Shown here: positions 27,766-42,149 of the stretch, piece by piece | How positions within the stretch are numbered: position 1 is the first letter of the stretch | Layout: the number at the start of each line of letters is the position of its first letter | DNA from: Chiloscyllium plagiosum | Taxonomy: Eukaryota | Length of the DNA stretch: 64,000 bases | NCBI RefSeq assembly: GCF_004010195.1 | Contig: NC_057756.1 | Location: 3,959,232 to 4,023,231 of the forward strand | Direction of reading: 5' to 3' | Notes under the pieces: generated by a model | The model's database searches: none | What the model saw: only the letters and a program-made list of their open reading frames with translations | What the model was told of the DNA's origin: nothing | Translations under genes and position numbers: made by a program

Positions 27766-28758
27766 ATCATTGCGAAAACTATAGTTTGATTACTTTAGAT
27801 GTTTCTTTTTGTCAAATGCGTTCAGGATGGTTTCCTGACACAGTTTGTAGTCAGGCCAACAAGGGGTGAGTCCATATTGGGTTCTGTACTGGGTAGTGAA
27901 CTCGGCGACGTGTTAAATTTAGATGTCGGTGAGCACTTTGTTGATCATGACCACAATTTAGTTATGTTTACTTTAGTTTGGAAAGGGATAGGTTTATAAC
28001 GCAGGGAAAAAGTTGGAGGTGGGGGATAGGTAATTATGGTGCGATTATTCAAGCTTTAGGATGCACAGGATGGGGAAGGAACATTTCGGGGATAGACAAA
28101 ATTGAAGTGTGGAGCTTATTCAAGGAACAGCTACGGCGTATCATTGAAATGTATGCACTTGTCAGGGAGAGAGCAAGTTGTCGATGGAGAGCGCTCTGGT
28201 TTACTAAAGAAGTTGAAGCTCTTGTCAAGAGGAAAGAGAAGGTTTCTATTGGGAAGAGGCGTGAAGCTCAGTTAGGGCGTTTGAGAATTACAAATTAGCC
28301 AGGAAAGACCTAAAGAGAGAGCTCAGAAGAGATAAGAGTGGACATGAGAACTCGTTGATAGATAGGATCCAGGAAACCCCTCAAGCTTTCTTTAGGTATA
28401 TCAGGAATTAAAGAATGATTTGTGTCAAATTATGGCCAATTAAGGACAGCACTGGGAAGTTGTGCCTGCACTCAGAAGAGATGGGGAAGGGCTAAATGAA
28501 TACTTTTTGTTAGTATGCAAACGTGAAAAGACGATGTTGTCAAGCAGAATATTGAGATTCAGGCTGCTAGCGTAGAAGAGATTGAGGTACACAAGGAGGT
28601 AGTGTGAGCAATTTTGTAAGTTGTGAAAATAAATAAGTTGCCTTGGCTGAACGAAATGTTTCCTAGAATTATCTGGGAATCCAGGGAGGAGATTGCGGTT
28701 CCTTTGGCTTTGATATTTATGTCATCATTTTCACCAGCAATACTGCCAGGCGTTCATG

Positions 28759-28781
28759 GAGGGGGTGGGGGGGGGGGGGGG
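28759..28781. repeat. G-rich homopolymer tract
   Basis: gagggggtggggggggggggggg. Confidence 0.9.
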
Positions 28782-31489
28782 TAGACAAACCTGGTGATTA
28801 TCGACCATTGAGCCTTACTTCAATTGTTTTTAAAGTATTGGAAAAGATTATAAGAGACAGGATTTATAATAATAAACAAAGGAATAAATTAAATAGGGAT
28901 AGTCAACACGATTTTTGGGAATGGTATTTCTTGCCTCACAAACCTTGCTGAGTTCTTCGAGAAGGTCACCAAACAGATGAAGGAGGGTAGAGCGGTTGAT
29001 GTGGTAGTACATAGATTGCAGTAAGGCATTTCATCAGGTTCCCCATGATAGGCTATTGCACAAATAAAGGAGGCATGGAATTGAGAGTAATTTAAAGTTT
29101 TGGATCCGAAATTGGCTATATGACAAAAGACAGAGGAAGGTGGGTGATGGGGAATTTTCATCCTGGACTTCAGTTACTACTGTGTACAGCAAAGATCTGT
29201 TTTGCGGCCCCCGCTGTTTGTCATTGTTACAAATGATCAGGCTGAGTGCGTTGAAGGATGGATGAGGAAATTTGTGGATGACGCTAAGGTCAGTAGACTT
29301 GGTGTTATTGCTGAAGGGTGTCATGAGTTATCTAGATCCATCATTATTCTTTCAGTTTTAAACATTTAAAAAAACACTCTAATTCCTCCACTTAATGAGC
29401 AAATGTTAAAGTCTGAGATGATTTTCTTCAATGTTAGCCCAGGATGTTTTTTGAAGAAACAATTAGAGTCATTCTGCACCAGAAGCCAGGACACTGATTG
29501 ATTTATAATTCACGACATAAACATGCTTCAGAAAGCATTGTTAGGAAAGCAATGTCCAGACTGATTCTAATTTGGTTGCGGTGCTACAGTTTTTACTTCC
29601 TTTCGTCAGTTCGTTGACCCGTCCAACACATGGGGGTGAAAGGGGTGGAATTGATGCTTGACCGTAACATAAAGTCATGGGGGAAGTTGACAGTAGGTTT
29701 GTCGTGGCGTCAAATGGTCCATAGATCTCGGGAAAAGACACTCTTTTTTAAAAAAAAATAAAGACGGTAATGTTGTCTTCCTTCATATGGAACTGATGTG
29801 AGTATAAATAAGATTGGCTTTCATAAAAACGTAAAAGATACGACGAGTTAGAAATTGACACTAGGGCAGTAATCAATATTTCATCAGTATTATATTTTGC
29901 AGAAGTTGCATTTCATAATCGCTGACATTTCCTTAAAAATCTACACAGATTTTCAAAATGCAAATTAAGTTCAATACATTCCCGGATCTCGAGCTCCACA
30001 AAACAAAACACAAACATTAAATCACAATCAAGCAAGTGTGCATTCAGTCCAGACTGCAAAGTGTTAACCTTTCTCCAAAGTTCAATGAATGAGCTCTGAA
30101 TTGGATGCTGAGTCGGTCACTCCCTTTCTCCCGGTTCTCTTTGAACACATAGTTCAGTGAACATAAGCCCCAGAAAATCTTTTTTCTCTCTGTCACGCAC
30201 ATGAACATTTTACAACTTTTGTCCATTCTCAGTATTTAGATTTTGTTCATTTATTGCTCATATTGGTAATGAGGCATTGAAATTCCACAACTTTCAAAAT
30301 GAGGAAGTATAGCTTCATAAATCTTAGCTGTGACACGTAGCTGCTTAACCATGTGCGAACAAAAATACCGCTTAACCATTCAATTTCCAATTCTGATGAA
30401 ATTTTCAAGCCAAATTCTTCGTAACTCTGCATTCGTTCACAATTCAGGAGGAAATACAACGTAGTCTTGAATGGTTGCCCTATGTGTTTTATATGACAAA
30501 TTAATTAAACTCTGGACGTCCAGAGACAAACAATTATACAGACTACAGATTTGTACTAATCAATTAAAAATGATGTTGGGTGCTTAGCGGATCAGGGGAG
30601 TCTCGAAGCATGACATGGAATTCATCATGATTCCAAGGCACATCAAGTGAGGTTTCTCTTGTCATAAACCTAGGGAAAGCAAGTTCTTCAGTACTAATTT
30701 TGTAAATCCTGAGATGTTTTCACGAGCACTTTTCAGCCGGACACTAGGAACCTGTTGAGTCATCGCTTAAGTATCGTGTGGCCTTGTGGAGAGAAATGTA
30801 TTAGCATTTCTAACATCAATTTTGTCCTGGCCTGCTTTCTCTTTTTTTCTGAACGCAACAAATCAGCAACCTCATCTCTTTGAAGGTCGCAGTCCCAAGC
30901 AGGAATGATAATTTTTGGGTACTTTTAGGGAAGAGGACGCTGCTACAGTGGGAAGCATTTCAAAAGAGTGCTCTGGATGCTGACTGCGATTTTTATTGTT
31001 AGGTGGATGATGATCTTTAGCCACTTCTTCTAACTTATTTGGTTACTGCATCATATAAATCTTATGCCATGAAGTGTCACCATCCCATCAGTCTATGTTT
31101 CTTCTCCCAAACAATCTCAGTCAATGACTTGATTAGACCACAGTATTCACTACCCTACTCTTGATTCGAACATATTTACCATGGCGTGACTTGGTTTTCC
31201 TCAAGGAAGCAAATGACACTTTACTTGTCTGAGGGGGCAGTCCTTCTTTGGAATTGAGAGTTCAGCGATCCCATAGTGCTGTAAGCAAGTTAGCAGGAAA
31301 CAATGAGGAAAAAAAACCCAATACAGACAAAATGGACAGGCAAGACGCAACAAAATATCAAAGCGCTAGCGCCCTGGGTCAATTCCTCCAGGCGTCCTTT
31401 AATTTTTACTTTTGTACAGCAGCAGTCTTTTTGTCTTTTTGTCCCATTCTGGCCTCAAGGGGATTCGCTAAGGATTCTGAGAGATAGGA

Positions 31490-32720
31490 TTGATGATCAT
31501 TTCTAAAAACCTAGTTTGATTAAAGATAGTCAGCAGGACTTTGTGAGGGGCAGATCATACTATCCATCCCTTCCACCGTTGTTTGAGGACGGTGAGGAGA
31601 CAAAATGACCGAGGATGATGTAAATGGATTTCAGTAAGGCATTTGATACGGTTCCCCATGGTCGGCTCATTCCAAAACGTAGGAGGTATAGGATACAGAG
31701 ACATATGGCTGTCTGGATACAGAACTGTGGTAGTGGATGTAAAGTATTCCCTGGGAGGTTAGTGAGCAATGTTGTCCCGCAGGGAACAGTTCTTGTGTCA
31801 CTGTTTTTTGTGTTTTTATAAATGACTTGCATGAAAAAATGGAAAGGTGTGTTATTAAGTTTGCTGATGACACAATCGTCAGTGGTGCTGTAGATAGTAT
31901 CGATGGCTGTTGCAGGCTGCCACATGACACTGAGAGGATGCAGAGCTGGGCTGAGAAGTGGCAGATGGAGTTCATCCTGGATAGGTGTGAAGTGATTCGT
32001 TTTGGAACATTGCATTTGAATGCTGAATACCTGGTTAAAGACTGGATTCTTGGCAATGCGGAGGAACAGCGGGATCTTGGGTTCCATGTACATAGCTCCC
32101 TCAAAGTTGCCACCCAAGCTGCTAGGAATGTGAAGAAGGAACATGGTGTTTTGCCTTTCAGTAACGGGGTTTGAGCTCAAGTGTCTCGAGGTTTTGCTGC
32201 AGCTCTATGAAATCCTGGTTCTACCACTATTGTAATATTGTGTCCAGTTCTGGTTGCCTCATTATATGAAGGATGAGGATACTTTAGAGACAGTGAAGAG
32301 AACATTTACTGGGATGCTGCCTCGATTGGATGGCTGGTATTATGACGAGAAGTTGACGGATCTCGGGCTTTTCACAAGAGGTGACTTGATAGGGGTGTTC
32401 AAGATAATGAGAGGCATTGATAGAGTAGACAGCTGCAAACTTATCTCCAGGGCAGAAATAGCTGTCATGAGGGGTTGTAACATTAAGATGATTGGAGGAA
32501 TGTTTCAGGGAGATGTCAGAGATACTTTCGTTACGTAGTGAGAGGTGGGTGCGTGGATGCACTGCCAGCGGTGACAGTAGTCCGAGACATTAGGAAAATT
32601 TTAGTGATTGTTGGACAAGCACATGGACGGCAGTATATTGAGGTGTGTGCAGTGTCAGTTATCTTAGATTAAAATAAATGCTGGGCACAACAATTGTTCC
32701 ATGTTTTATGTCTTATGTTT
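31490..32720 (+). mobile_element. 5'-truncated CR1-type LINE
   Basis: MDFSKAFDTVPHGRL, VPQGTVL, IKFADDT, WAEKWQMEF, RGDLIGVFKIMRGIDRVD. Confidence 0.92.
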
Positions 32721-32729
32721 TATATATAC

Positions 32730-34150
32730 ACAAACTGTTTCCAAGATAGCAACATCTTATCGAACTTACCCTCTAAAGTTGAAACAGGTACAAGATATGA
32801 TTGAACTCCTACTGAAACACAATGCAATCGATATGATTGCAGTGAATGGAACTCATCCACTATAATACTGCCAAAACCAGATGGTACCCAAAGATTATGT
32901 GCAGACTATCACCAAGTCAATTTAGTTGCAACATTTTTAATCCATGTCCTATTCCACTTTCGGAAGACTGGATACAGGATGTGGTATAAGTAACTTACAA
33001 TTGATCCAGTTGGACTTACTCAAAGCAGACTGTCATGTACCTTTTTTTCTGAAATCGTAATGGACATGTCGATTATGTACTAAGTTTAAAATTTAGCAAC
33101 TTAAAGTCATGTCATTTGGAATGGAACCTGCAGCAGCCACATTTCAAAGAATAACCAACAAAGTCATTTCCAAAATATGGAATCGATGATGTGGTGATTT
33201 TTACACATACATGGCAAGAATATTTGCAACATCTAACCGAGTTTATCGATCAACTTAGGGATGCTGGCTTGATCATAAATCTGGTTAAGAATGATTTCAC
33301 AAAAGCCAAAGTCACGTTCCTGGGCTATGTCAGTGCAGTTGGAAAATAGGCCCCACCAGAAGTGTCAAATATCGGGTATTGGAGAGGTTCCCATGTTGTC
33401 AAGGAAATACTATGATTCTTGGGACTGAATGTTTTGTTTTAAATAGAAGTTCGTGCCAAGGTTTCACAATGTCAATGCAAACTGGCTGCCTATATGAAAT
33501 CGAGCAGAAAGTTTCAGTGTAAGGAACGATATCAGAAGGCATCTGACAACCTGAAAGCATTGTTATCCACTGCCCCAGTCCTCGCCAGTCCTCATTTTAC
33601 AAGCCATTCACGAGGGCTATGGATGGATGTGATGTGGTTATCGGCGCTGCAGACTTGCAAGAAGGTGATAATAGGTTAAAAAATCCTGTTGGGAACTTTT
33701 CCATGAAAATTGAACAACCATCAAAATAAACTTTCCTCTGTTGTGAAGGAGGCACGAGGTTGTTGCTGGCGTTGGATTATTGTACCATTTACTTTTCCAG
33801 GAACGAATCAGAGACACTTGTATATACTTGTTATAACCTCTTCCTATTCTTAGGAGAAACTTGAGAATGACGTTTCTGGACTGTTTACGTGCACATCGAA
33901 ATTTGCAGACAATAAATTCGAAGTTTATGCATGGCAGGACGTTTGAACTTAATTGCTGACACGTCTTAGGTATTTCGATGTAAGTGGACGCAAGTGTTCT
34001 GTGGAGAAAAAGCACGGCCTGAAGTGGATTGTAGTAGTCCATGTTTGCATGCTTTGGTCAGTGTAATGTATATGCATTTCAAGTAGTAACAGCGTAAACC
34101 TAAGGTTGTTTTTTCTTGATAATTGAAGCCGTAATGGACATTGATTCTCA
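32730..34150 (+). mobile_element. Decayed Gypsy RT/RNase H fragment
   Basis: PKPDGTQRLCADYHQVN near 32870, KVMSFGM..AAATFQRITNKVI near 33105, KASDNLKALLSTAPVLASPHF. Confidence 0.85.
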
Positions 34151-35796
34151 TTTTTTAAATAACGGGATGCGACCAGAATTGTGTGAACACCATCGCTTGA
34201 AGATGTGCATTTTGCAATTTTTTACAAGAAACATGCGTAGGCAGTGCTGACGAGTTGGTTGCTGAAAGAGCACATTTAAAACACTGTGAGGTCTTCTTTT
34301 TCTTCCTAAGGTAGGAACAATCAAAGATGCCTGAATGTGCTCCCACAGAACGGCCTACATTTTCGTTCTCTTCACCATTAGCAGTTGTTTGGTCATGACC
34401 CTTGTTCTACTGAAAATTAACGACTGATATCTTCATAAAAAAGCAAACATAACGTTGGATATTTTATAAACCGGTAATGAGATTATCCTGGAATACAGGA
34501 CCAAATGTGTAAAAGAGGAAGAAGAAAGATTTCGTAAAACAAAATTCATGCTTTAATCATGCACAATAGATACTCAGATGAATAGTTGCGGAAGTACCTT
34601 ATACACTTTCATTTCTGATTGTTGCATCAGAGCAACACTACAATGCTGAAGTGAACGTGTGGAAATTTCACATAATACTCTGCCGGGAATAAAACATAAA
34701 CCTCAATTATCAGCCTTATATACGAGAAAAGTCAATTAATTCATGTGACAACGAACGTTGCCAAGTTACAACTACAACATAAGGTAGACAGAACCCGAGG
34801 AGATTTGATTTTTTTTTTCTGAATTTGGCAATGAAGATTAAATCTAAAGAGCTAACATGCTATCGTGATTACAGATAACATAAATCAGCAGTTTAGAATT
34901 TATTAAAATATTCAAATCGACTGGGAAAAAAAAGACAAGTTATGTCAATCATCTTTTCAAGTACTTGGAATAGTTTGGATATTTATAAGCAATTCCAAAC
35001 TACAAAAAAAACTGCAACAGGTTCTTTCAAACCTTTTTTTATATAACGACACAACAGTGAAGGCAATGTTAGCAGTGAATGATGGCAGGAATGATTTACA
35101 ATGCCGTCAATTGCAACGAAAGCTGAAAAAGCAAGCCTGGCCATGCCCAGAATTCTAATCTGCCATTATTTGTATTTTCGTTTACAAATGAGGAACACAT
35201 TCCAGGATGAAGAATAAGGTGGCTGCAGTTCCAATGAGATTAACGTTAGGCTTTCCCAAAATGACAAAAAGAGAAAGGGACGATCGCAGGTGGGAAAGAC
35301 TACGACTGATTCGAACTTGAGAGGCAATTCCACGCGTTTCTGTCATACAAAGAAGAATCTGAAATCATTGTGATTTCTCGAGACCGGGAAAATAATAGTT
35401 GGAATGATGTGATAGGAGTTATTGAGTGTGACATGATCATCTAATTGTATGTCGCTGCTAAATGACTTAATTTCAAATGAATAAAACCTCAGAATTCGAT
35501 GTAATTGCCAGACATGGGGCATTGCTAATTTGACGTTTTCTGAGTTTGAGTCCAGTTCACGCAAATGCACTGAACTGCGGGATCCTATTCTAACTGCGGA
35601 TATTGATAGAAATGCAATATTCACTCTATTTAACTCCAGGAACATCTCTAATGGGGTAGTCCTGTACTGTCCTCGCATGACAAGGTGTAGGATTGCCTTA
35701 CTTCACTCCCTTATCCTGAACATTACGTAATACAGTGACTATATTGGATATTGACTCTAAAAGTATAAATTATGCTTTATAATTCTTTTTATAAAG

Positions 35797-35823
35797 GAGA
35801 GGAATGCAAGAAACAGCAGATAG
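35797..35823 (+). CDS. 27-nt phase-1/1 micro-exon 6, (G)EECKKQQI
   Basis: attctttttataaag|GAGAGG...CAGATAG|gtaaga. Confidence 0.75.
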   Translation, partial: ERNARNSR

Positions 35824-36699
35824 GTAAGAAATGACGAGATGTGAAATCTTTACATTTAACTTTCAGACAAGCTATTCTGCACACGTACACTAGTAAAATT
35901 AATTATGTTGCAATATGTGACCCAACAAAGTCAGTTGCTTTTCACGTCGTAAGATTCACATTGTCATGAAGGAGAGATCGTATTCAGATATCGAATCAGC
36001 TGAGTAAGAACATACTCAGCTGAATTCACAACAGAGGAAAGGGTAATATTTGATTGCTTTCTTAGTGGGAATAGTTGCAAAAACATTTTTTTCTTGGAAG
36101 ATTAAAGTCCAGGATCGGGATAGGTGTGGTTTGAATATGTGATGGCACAAGTGACATCAAAGTTAAACCTTACGTTTACTGGATGGTAAAGGCGACTACG
36201 TTTACTGGCCATTTGAGGTTACATTCAGATTGAAGGTAAACGTGCAAAATATTAATTTCTTGCAGATTAAAAGGACAATTCAAAGCCATTTACAACGCCC
36301 TATTTATGCCATTTGCATAGACTCTGATTCCAGCATCATTCAGGTGAAGCACGTCCCATTGGAAGTCCTCTCTCCTTCCACTACACAAAGCCAATCTTCA
36401 ATGAATTTCAACCCAGTTTTCTCACATATGCTTGTAAACTATGAATGTACTGTTTTGTTGCCCGAGTTTGTTATTGGCTCTGATATTAATCCATGGATTA
36501 TAACCATTTTGCTGCTGCTTTCTGCATAGAGGCTTTCTGTTCACATTCTGTAAAACAGAAAATATTGTCTGCTTATACTTATATCTTTGGGATCTACGTG
36601 AACAGAGACAAGCGGATATTTCCCCACTGATTCCATGTTCATTTGCAGTCCCGTATTTTGAATGCTTCAGTTAAGAATTCAGTTATTCACGTAGATATG

Positions 36700-38900
36700 T
36701 CGAGGCAGGCGATGTGTTTTACCTGTACGAAGTTGAAGCTAATGACCATCATTATAGTTCACAGTGACACTGTCTGCTGTACAAGCTTGTTGAGTAAGGA
36801 ACTCTAGTTCAGAGTTGATGAGCTGCAACCTAAGCTTCGAATTATGCAAGATATCTTGAAAGGAATTGTTACCTGGATCCTTTGTTTCAGGATGCAGTCA
36901 CAACCGTTACGTTACCGAAATTAAACATGGTCAGTAGTCAGGGGAAGGAGGATATAACTACGAGGGAGAAACTACAGAGATTGGGGAGGTAATGCTTAAA
37001 GAGCTCCAATCATTGCGCTTAACGATCAGATTTGAGATTTTGGCTCCATGCATAAATTAGGTTGTAGGCTGTAGGCAGGATTTGCAAACTAACCACAGCA
37101 TAAGACATACGATAAGACATTCATGGGAGAGGAGAAAAGATTAATGTACTTGTCATCGGGGCGAGCATAGTCAGTAAGATCAAATCTATTATTAGTATTG
37201 ATAGTGCCATGTGGCTTGCCTGGTGAATTTGTTCAGGATCAGTCTGCTGGGCTGCAACTGAACATGGAATCAGTGGGGAAATATCCACCTGTCAAGGTCC
37301 ACATTGATCCCACTGATAAAGGTATAAGGAGAAAATGTGTTCTATTAACGGAAGGTGTACACCAACGTTCTATCGAGAAAGCAGAAGCTAAATGATAATA
37401 ACCCATGGATTATCACGAGAGCCAAGAACAAACTGGGTCAACATAATCAAAGCAGTCAATGTATAGCTTGAAAATATATGCGAGCAAACTGTCTTAAAAG
37501 TCATTGAACATTGACTCTGGAAAGTGGTAGGAGGGAACAGTTCTTATGCGATGTGCTCCAACTGAATGATACCGATGTCAGAGTCCATGTGAACCGCATT
37601 GGGGTTGTGGAAATGACTTCAAACGAAATATTAGGACGGTTTCAGTTGCATACGAAATTACATAAAAAATTTACTGCTGGTCACATGATTCATTATACAA
37701 TAAATATACCACAACGAGAAATAGGAAAAAAAAGTATTGTACTGGTTAAAATAATTTCCTGCACACCAGATAAGGAGACGATAATGAATAAGGTGGCAGA
37801 AGCATTTGAAAAATAACAGCACAGATGATTGCCAAGTGACTTACGAATCCATTGTGCGAAAGGTAAGTTTTTGGCTTGGATAAATTTTTCCCTGACTCGC
37901 AGAAGGCAGAGAGTAGGAATAAAGAGATATTTTATATGGTGGGATTCATTGAATAGTTGAGTCTCACTGGCGTCATTATTGGGATTCCAATCATTCACAA
38001 AAAATATTCAAGATCTATACGAAGGAATTGAGGCCAGCATTGCGAAATTTGCAGCTGAGACAAAGGTAGCTGGAGGAAACAAAGATGCTACAAGAAAGAC
38101 TGGCACATGGTGTATGAATGGGTAAAGACACGTCAACTGAAATACAATGTGAAAAAAGTGTGAAGTTGTTCAATTTGGCAGGAAGAATAGCAGTGTAAGT
38201 AGGGGAAGTATTCGGACATATGATGAATAAAAACACGTGGAGGTCCTAGTTCACAATTCTCTAAACGTGAGCATATGGGTTTATTTGGCATTTTGCAATC
38301 CAATTTCAATGTTCATATTCACTTCAACAGGGCTGGAATATAATATCAGGAATGTACTGCTGAGGCTGCACGGTGTTATTTTCAGACTATATTTAAAAAA
38401 CAAACTTGTGGAGTTTAGAGTCGTGTGTCTGAAGAAGAACATTTTGGCATTGGAGGCTGCTCAGAGGACTTTGACAAGATTGATTTTGGGGATGAACACC
38501 TTGTCATCTAGGGAACAGTTCGTATCTCTATGTCAGGATTGGATGTCGTTTAGAGAGGTATGAGGAAATAGGATGGAGTCTTTCAAAATACGGGCAGTTT
38601 GTGTTGTATTCCATTAGCGGTAGAAACTCAAACCCGATAACATAACCTCAGAGTGAATGTACAATGCTTCAGAATTGAGATAGGAGGAGTTCCTTCAGCC
38701 AGAGTGCGCTGAATGTGTTTAATACATAGTCACAGAGGGCTGTGTTGACCATACAATTGAATGCATTCAAGTCAGGGATAGGTAGGTTCTTGACTAGCAA
38801 GAATGTCAAGAGTTATGTGGAGGAGCCAGTGCAATCTGTTCAAGAAATTCATTTGAAATGAGTCAATGTGGAGAAGACCTGATTGTTCAGTTGACATAAA
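36700..38900 (+). mobile_element. Old internally deleted CR1-type LINE
   Basis: ORF1 esterase-like remnant near 37150-37400; GLEYNIRNVLLRL..KKNILALEAAQRTLTRLILGM. Confidence 0.75.
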
Positions 38901-38944
38901 CGCATCGTCTGGTGTTACATTTTTGCACAAGCAATGAAAACACA

Positions 38945-39275
38945 GCCTCGTGGCACATTGTTTGGCACTTTTGCCTCCCATTGCCCGGGTCATGGATTTT
39001 AATCCACCCACGCCGATTGTCTTTGTGGAGTTTGCATATACGTCTTGTGACTTTGTGGGTTTCCTTTGGCTGTTTCGTTTTCTCTCATATTCTAAAGAAG
39101 TGAAGTTTTCCGAATAGGCCATGCTAAATTGCCTACAAGATCTGGGGATGTGTCAATTAGATGGATTAGCCATCGAAAACGCAGGGTTGAGTCGGTTTGC
39201 TGGGATGCTCTTCAGAAGATCAGTGTAGAATTCATGAACAGACTTGCCTGCTTCTGCATTGCAGGGATTAGATGA
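38945..39275 (+). mobile_element. Old HE1-type SINE
   Basis: GTGGAGTTTGCA and GGCCATGCTAAATTGCC blocks shared with the other SINE copies. Confidence 0.75.
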
Positions 39276-40124
39276 AGACATGGATACCGACATTCATTAA
39301 ATGGCAAATTTACAACAAAAGAAGTGCAGAAACCATTTATGCTCAAATTTAATTCGACTAGAAATGTTTTATGTTTCTTTAGTTCGGCTCCACAAATACT
39401 GGTCAGAACATTTCTTTACTTGGAATTGACATTCAGAAATGGCATCGAAAAGTAACACAGTTGTGCTACAGTTTTAGGTCAGAAATGTATTGCAGTTTGT
39501 TTGTTTTTTTAACAATGATGATATATTGTCGATCTTACAGGGTTCTAAAATTATTGCAGAAGGAAAGAAAATATGTCTTCAGAATCGAAAGCAATAAGTG
39601 AAATTGGCTGCTTTAACGAAACTGCAAACTGTTTTCTTTCCAGTTGTTATCTCAGAGCTACCATTATTTGACGACATGTATGATTGTCGGTCATATTCTT
39701 TGTTGCATGGGTGTTCGAACATTTCAAAAGTTGATAAGCCTTTTAACGATATTATTACTCTGTGACACATACAGCAGGGGATGTGAACAACGATGGAAAA
39801 ACTGAGCAAGGTCATTTTGCATTCAAATTCAAGACGGTTGAACTATTTTTGGTGCAAGAAATGAACAATTTATTGAATGACAACAGAATGTGAAGTATGA
39901 ACTTTTCTTCTCTTACTGTACTTTTTTTCGATGACATGCAATGCTAAGCTCGAAGTACTCATTAATGTAAACTATTGTGGCATGAAACCTTTCATCGATT
40001 ATTACATTGCACCGATATTATTAAGTAAGATATCAAAGAAATATCAACTCGGTAATGATATCTACATCGATACTATATTTTACTATTTGTCTGTTTATCT
40101 ATCAACGTGTCTATCTGTCTGTAA

Positions 40125-40192
<68 letters not shown>
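40125..40192 (+). repeat. (CTAT)17 microsatellite (GATA type) with degenerate flanks
   Basis: Perfect tetranucleotide run of 68 bp. Confidence 0.97.
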
Positions 40193-40522
40193 TCATTTGT
40201 TGATCTGTCTATTTTTCTACCTAAACCTTGTGCTATTTATACCCGTCCAGTTCCCCCTGTCGCTTTATCGAACTGCCTTTCCATCAGGATAGTTCATTAT
40301 GATCGATGCAATGAATGACACACCTTCATTTCCTTCTTTCAACAAACTGTAAAGAAAATAAGAGGTTTTTTTTTAAAAAGTAGGTGGTAATAAGATTTTC
40401 GAAAGCTTCGAAAATATATTATCTGAACTATTCCCACTGAAATTTTATGTGGCAACCAGAATGTCTCACACTTGAGAACGTGAGTGAATACATTAAAATA
40501 TCGCCTGTATCTTTATTTTCAG

Positions 40523-40549
40523 AACTCCAAGATCTTCTGCAAAAGACCA
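40523..40549 (+). CDS. 27-nt phase-1/1 micro-exon 7, (E)LQDLLQKT
   Basis: atctttattttcag|AACTCC...AAGACCA|gtaaat; strong acceptor, weaker donor. Confidence 0.65.
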
Positions 40550-42149
40550 GTAAATATAATTAATAATTGAAACCAAGGCAAAATACTGATAGCAGAGGAA
40601 AATGTTCAATTTAAATTCCACAATTTTTGAATGCTTTTGAAACGACCTACATTTAGAAGTTACCATTTTCACTTAAAAAGAATATTACTCCCAAAATGCA
40701 ATGCTGGGAGCAACACCAACAACCAAAATGTAACGCAACACGCACCAGCAATGTTAGACTAATGTTAAAAAAAAAAGTCGTTTGAACAAGGAAAATTTGA
40801 ATTGATTGCCAAATTTGACGTTGGGAATTCAAAGGCGTTAGTAATTTCACAGCTGCCTTAATTTTCACATCTCTGAGCAGGGAAGAATGCGATAGACAAT
40901 TACAAGTGTTGGAAATTAAAGATAAATGATAGTATTGTGCTGAGTTGTGATTATTCAACGGTATGAAAGCTCAAGACAACCTGGATGAGGCAGATTATAT
41001 TTAATAGGAAAGAATCATTTGGTTTTGTTTTGGTGTATCGGGAGGCGGTACTGCTAAGACAAGAAATGTATAATGGTTGTACATTGAATTGTGTTACTTC
41101 AAACGAAATTGCACTTTTTTAGAGGAAAGCTTGACGGCATGATATTGCATTATGATAGAGCAGGCTGATGGCCAACGTCGTCAAGACATGCAAACATGTT
41201 GCTCTGGAACAGAAAAGTGCCTATTAGTTGAAGTTTGTAATGCAGTGCAGATAAATTAATTCAGTCGACACTTTAAATTCATAGGGCTAATTCTGTGGTC
41301 CTGCACTATCCTGCCGTTGCCCATGCATTATCAGACAGGATAGAGAATCACCATATCAGGAATAAAAATGTTATGTGCAGAGTCAATTGTCGTTCGTTAC
41401 AGAATATGAAGGAACATATATGATCACAACTGAATACAAAGCAAGCACAACAGCAATCTAACATTACGGATTCATTGGTGATAAAGATCTGAATGTTAAA
41501 AATACCAACTATCAATTTCATCGAACAAATTGTCGTAGTACATCGAAGATAAGTTACATTTGTCAATGTTAATGAAAAATCTCGTCGGAAATGCACAAAA
41601 TTCAGAAAAAGAATGGAAGCAGTATGAGACAATCAAAAAGAAAACACAGGGTGGAGGAAATGTGTTTTTCTTGTTTTTAAAGTAGATCAATACAAATCAG
41701 AAATTTGCAATAAATAACAGCATTTGACGAAAGAGGAAGAGGGACAGAGATCAAATGCCATGTGGGAAGTGAAACAAACAGACAAATAAACCTGCACAGC
41801 TGTATAATCCACTAACGGACTGACTCAGCTGACTGCCAATGCTGTCTTTTTCCAAGTATTTCTGGACATAAGAATTCGTTCTAAGGAAAGACAACAAACA
41901 GTGAAATTCATCACTGACCATGGAGAAACATTTGGTGGGGGGAATCGGGATGGGCGTTCGAAATCGAAGTAGGAGAACAGCTAAGTGTACTTTTGAAATT
42001 TAAACAAGTTTATTTTATAAAAATTTGAAGTAGTGCGCAGTGATTTCTTTTAAATGTATGTTTTATTAAATTGTGTCTCTTCATTGATTTTAAAAGATAT
42101 ATAATGTAGCAGTGTTTTAGATCAGGTCTACAGTGCTATTTTCTGTGTA

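Larger units (their letters stand above)
25850..29330 (+). mobile_element. Decayed CR1-type LINE, endonuclease to RT, with a nested CR1 copy
   Basis: FVKCVQDGFLTQFVVRPTRGESILGSVL..EHFVDHDHN (27799..27999); SCLTNLAEFFEKVT near 28930. Confidence 0.85.

Noticed and set aside
31560..32180. Longest ORF in the track (206 aa, minus strand)
   Set aside because: Antisense to a CR1 RT fragment; not a gene
39931..40318. ORFs with repeated LSIY
   Set aside because: Translation of the (CTAT)n microsatellite
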